64,000 nucleotides of DNA from Octopus bimaculoides (taxonomy: Eukaryota), in the NCBI RefSeq assembly GCF_001194135.2, contig NC_068983.1, forward strand, positions 167,401,118 through 167,465,117, read 5' to 3'. Positions 59,700 to 64,000 of the stretch are shown here, in pieces. The notes beneath the pieces were generated by a model. That model was not told the DNA's origin and made no database searches. It was given only the letters and a program-made list of their open reading frames with translations. A program made the position numbers and the translations under genes. Position 1 is the first letter of the stretch. Every line of letters starts with the position of its first letter.

Positions 59700-61160
59700 A
59701 TACAGCGTGGGGGTTACATAAAATGAAGTGTGAAATTGATGAAATGAATTTTAACAATGAAAAATTTCCCAAAAGAGAAAGACTTCTAGGGCTGCTTGTG
59801 GAAATCCCCTACAACCATAGAGGCCTTGACCACGGGGAAAGTGCCCACTCCTCATCGTCTATAGGTGCATGCTTAGAGTAGGCCCATCCTTGCAACATTC
59901 ACCTACCTTTCAACAAAATTGCAGCACTTCCGTCTCTCTCACTTTCCTTTTCAAGATAACTTCAAAAAGTTGATGAGGGTTGAAGAGGAAATTGTCTGTC
60001 TTCAGCTCTTTTAATCTGGTCCACCACCCAACCTTTTTTGCTAAGGTTACCAAACAAACAAAAAAAAAAACATTACCTGCCCTTCCCAGCCAAAAGAAGG
60101 CAGTGGGATAGTCTTTACAATAGACTCAGCCAATAGCTGGATCTGTCCTACATGTGACAGCAGGTGTTCAACACAAACCCACAGATCAGCAATATTTGGA
60201 CCCTGGACAAGAGTGTGTAGAACAGTTTTGTTGCTTTGCATGCCCTTCAGGCAATTACTCATAGGCCTTGGTCCATAAGTTCTCTGGAACTGACCAGTTG
60301 ATTCTCATTGATGCCCAGAGTCTTCCCGAGAATGTCATCACACCACTAACCCTCTAGAGAACATCAGAGTGGAACCTCTGCATACTGCATTGTCCAACTG
60401 ATAGGATTGTGAGTGCCTGATGACAATCTAGGTGCCAGGCACACTGCCTCTGCCTACACTGGATCCAGGACTGCAGCTCAATCGAAAAGATGAGCTGTGA
60501 AAAATCCGGTCTGACAAATGGTGACCACACCTGCTCCCTGTCAAAGGAAGCGCTGAAAGTGTCATTGCATGTCTGTACATCAGCAGCCATGGCATGCCCA
60601 GTCCTCCATTCAGCAGGTGTTGATAGCAAATGGAGCAGTTGGCCAGTGGGAAGCAACCCTTCTACAGAAAGCAGAAGAGTATGCACACCACTTTGGTCAG
60701 ACATAATAAACTGGAGAAAGGCACAATGGCCAGGGGGTCATGTATAGCAGAGGCAATGTAAGCATTCACCACATTCTGCCCAACCTTTCAGGGATAGCTT
60801 TCTTTTGGCCCATTTCTGGGTGAGAATGGCCACCCTGTTTATCACCCCATCCCAGTTCCTCTCCACCTGGAAATCTAGACCAAACCAGACTCTGAGCAAT
60901 TTAACTGGTCCTTCTGTCCAGCATCGCATGACATTATTAGATGGCATAGACCTGCCTCTCCAGGTGTCAAGCTGCAAGTCCACTGGTTCTTCTTGGTTAA
61001 TTTTTTTGCTCCTGTTATTGCCCCCATATTCTTTTGGAACAGTGCTGACGAGGTAGGTCGAAGTGCTTAGTGTTCAACATGATGAAGATGACATCATCTG
61101 CATATGCTAACACAGTTCTCACGCATCCTAGTTTGCATGGGATGCCTTTCAATATCTCCA
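59700..61160 (-). mobile_element. Tx1/L1-clade LINE fragment
   Basis: VLAYADDVIF RT motif; LLRVWFG; W..RKLSLKG, typical of the L1/Tx1 post-RT region; heavily decayed. Confidence 0.7.
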
Positions 61161-62039
61161 GTTTTTGCAGTAGTGGAAAAACAACAACAATAATAAAATT
61201 TTCAAATTTTGGCACAAGGCCAGCAGTTTTGGGGAGAGGGATGAGTCAATTACATCGACCCCCCAGCATTCAACTGATAGTTATTTCATTGACCCCTAAA
61301 GGACAAAAGGCAAAGCAACCCCAGTGGAATTTGAACTCAAAATGTAAAGATGGACGAAATGCAATGATAACAATTGATGTCCCATAAGAAGTAACAGTTT
61401 GCTTGATAGCTGTACTTTTCATTGGGAAAGAGCTTAGTTTCTAAACCTGTTTAATAATCACATCTTATTCTCCTGACATTTACTATATTATTCTCTGGCA
61501 AACTCTTAATACAAATTGTAAAATCAATCAATATTTGCTGGTGATATATCAAGAGTTCAGTTCATTGAATGAATTGTTTTAAAGAGGTGAACTATTTCTA
61601 CTTCTCATTTCATGGATGGAAAGGATTTTGTTCTGTATTTTTAACTATATTTTCATTAGGAAAGTATTTAATCCTTTTTGTTACCATAATTCTGTTGAAA
61701 TAGACTGACTTTGTTCTGATTATTTTTTAATATAATGGAGAAATTAGTTAAATAACTGTTATTGTTAAGATGGTGTTTGGAAAATATATTAATATGAAAT
61801 TTTAATTGAAGGTTTTAATTCACTTTCAAATAGAAAGTTTGTGTCATGAAATCAACTTTGGTTTCAGGTGCATTGGTAGCAAAGGGGTTCAGTTATTATT
61901 TCAAAAGTTAAACTTAGGCTCTTTACTTTCAATGTGTTGGGTTTATCTTTTCACTGGTTACATTTGAAGTTGAACCATTTCACTTCATGTATCCATGTAA
62001 ATAAACTTCTTGTTTTTTTTGTTTTTTTTTGAAGTATTA

Positions 62040-62170
62040 GTATATTCTACTCCTGGTATGCTCACACTTGCATAAAAATGTTCCTAAACCATCAAAAATT
62101 CCAATCTTCCTGAAATCTACCAATATCACTCCTGTCGTGTCCATCCACCCTTTCCATTTTATGGCTCTTT
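62040..62170 (-). mobile_element. Small mariner transposase remnant
   Basis: W-DTTGVILVDF resembles the mariner VFWD.xGVILVDF motif. Confidence 0.45.
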
Positions 62171-62334
62171 TATTGTTCACTTTTCTATCTTTTTGTGTCA
62201 TATTTCTGTGTACAGGACAGGTATTTCTAGCTTTCATTGCATCCTTTCTTTACTTAACCAATGTCTTCTTTCTGTCCCCATTTTTAGCTTTTTCTGACAA
62301 GTTATAATGTACCCGAGCACTATATACAGTAAGT

Positions 62335-63110
62335 TCATCATCATTATCATCATCATTTGTTTTTCTTCTTCCTTCAATTTTGTTTCCATTTCTTGCCAAG
62401 TGTCTTCCCATCACCTAAGACAGGGACACACTATACATTGAGAAGCCACTAAAATAAACCCACCAGATTGTTCATTTACAAAGTTATGTGAAAACAACAA
62501 CAACAGACAAAAAAGGCATGCTGATGTTTCTTGACATTTGACAGTCAGTAGCTCCGACCATCCAAAAACAATGGATTGTAATCCTTCACACAGTGACAAA
62601 GCTCTTCTCAATATGTTTGATGTTCCAACAATGTTTTGCACTTCTTGCAGGGATGGTAAGCCAGGGGTCGTTCTCAAATAATTTTCAGTTCCTTTTTAAA
62701 TATTCTTTGTGTTCGTACAATCACTGGTATTATAACTGCCTTCAGATATCACATTTTTTTCAATTTCAATCTGCAAATCTTTATACTTTCTGAGTTTTTG
62801 TTAAATTATTTTGCTGAGATATTATGATCGCAAAGAATATTCATGTCAATCAATAAACAGACTTTATGTTTTGGTCTTTCACAACAATATCCATTTTATC
62901 AGCTTTGATGGTTCTGTCTATATGTACTGGAAAGTCCCAAAGAACCGTTTCATTTTCTCCCTCAGTTACAAAATCAAAGTGGTGTTTATGTTAATTGCCA
63001 GCAGATTTGATTTCATGATGCCAGCATATCAACCAGTGTAGATGTTGGTCAACTCCATCATGTCTTGATTTGTACTCTAATGGTGCTAAAACTTTACATT
63101 CACAGATTAA
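62335..63110 (-). mobile_element. R4/Dong-clade element, copy 2, with 3'UTR and (TGA/TAA)n tail
   Basis: CKVLAPLEYKSRHDGVDQHLHW..VLWDFPVHIDRTIKADKMDIVVKD..LIDM..DHNISAK..KYKDLQIEIEK; C-terminus LQEVQNIVGTSNILRRALSL*; (CAT)n at ~62335-62355. Confidence 0.8.
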
Positions 63111-63149
63111 GTGGTACACTGTTTCAATCTTATCTCTTATTGTGTATAT

Positions 63150-64000
63150 GAAATGAAGAAAAGCTTCCTGGGAATGTGGGTGGTTGATATCAACACAATT
63201 TTTTGAGTCTCATAGATTGTTGATTTCCAAGGGATCTGATCAAAATACCTTTCCCGATCATTCTCAGGGCACCTACAACAACAGGGATGGTTTTGGTTTT
63301 TAATTGCCATGTCTTAGATATTTCAAACTCAAGATCCTTATATTTTGACAGTTTTTCAAATTCTTTTGCTGAGATGTTTCTATCAGTAGGTACTGTCATT
63401 TCAATTAACAGACATGTTTCTTGTCTTAGGTCTTTGATGATAATGTCTGGCATGTTAGTATTTATTTGCCTGTCTGTATGTCTCCCATAGGATAGTAACA
63501 TTAGCTCTCTCAGTGATTGGCTCTGGATGGTGTTCATACAAGTTCTTAAGATATCGGTGACAGCATACACTCCAGTGCAAGTGTTGGCCAGCTTGACCAT
63601 ACTTGGGTTTATATTCTGTAGGGACAAGGACTGAGCAGCCAGCAACAATGTGGTCACTACCCTCAAGTTTGTCATTGTAGAGCCTACACTTTGTGTCTAC
63701 CTCATTGTGTGTGACATTAGCTTGATAGTCCCAAGTGAGGAGACTCTGATCTTGTGCTGCTAGGATAAATCCTTCTGTTTTGTCTTTCAAACCAACACCC
63801 TGCAGCCACTGGCAAGTTCTTTTCCTATCTACATCAGCTTCCCCAGCTCGTTTGGGGTATTGTCCATGCAATGGTTTTCCTTCCAGTCTTGATATTTCCT
63901 TTTGTCTTAAAATTTTTTTGCAGCCTTACTGGCTGGTATGTCTTCCTTATACCCTGTTCTGTTAAGTTCATTTGTAAGGGTTATTGGGTATAATTGGAGA
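63150..64000 (-). mobile_element. R4/Dong-clade (restriction-like endonuclease) non-LTR element, copy 1
   Basis: MHGQY..EGFILAAQDQSL..CRL..DHIVAGCSVL..EYK; PDIIIKD..CLLIEMTVPTDRNISAKEFEKLSKYKDL..PVVVGAL. Confidence 0.85.

Overview
AT-rich eukaryotic scaffold. It is very likely Octopus (inferred from the abundant octopus-type tRNA-SINE and RTE repertoire); there are nine N-gaps, several next to microsatellites. Three protein genes are supported. (1) Parvin, minus strand: 11 coding exons from 27208 down to 2176 (315 aa); the last ~50 aa lie beyond the left edge. (2) SF3A1, minus strand: an intronless CDS at 40273-42684 (803 aa) with a predicted 84-nt 5'UTR intron. (3) RPL13A, plus strand: 7 exons at 42889-53091 (203 aa), head-to-head with SF3A1, ATGs about 205 bp apart. 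The RPL13A introns hide six box C/D snoRNA genes: three SNORD33 (U33) paralogs in intron 4 and three SNORD34 (U34) paralogs in intron 5. Two of the three U33 copies carry the same A>U change at the D+5 position that specifies the methylated nucleotide, which suggests retargeting or decoy function. Other leads are a candidate poison exon in RPL13A intron 3, a CpG-retaining island in parvin intron 7 that could drive a CH2-only isoform, and a degenerate tandem array upstream of parvin. The rest is TE-derived: RTE (with a PHD-like insert), Tx1/L1, R4/Dong, Penelope, a complete mariner, a Helitron, a hAT MITE and many SINEs. All coordinates were read by hand; no searches were run.
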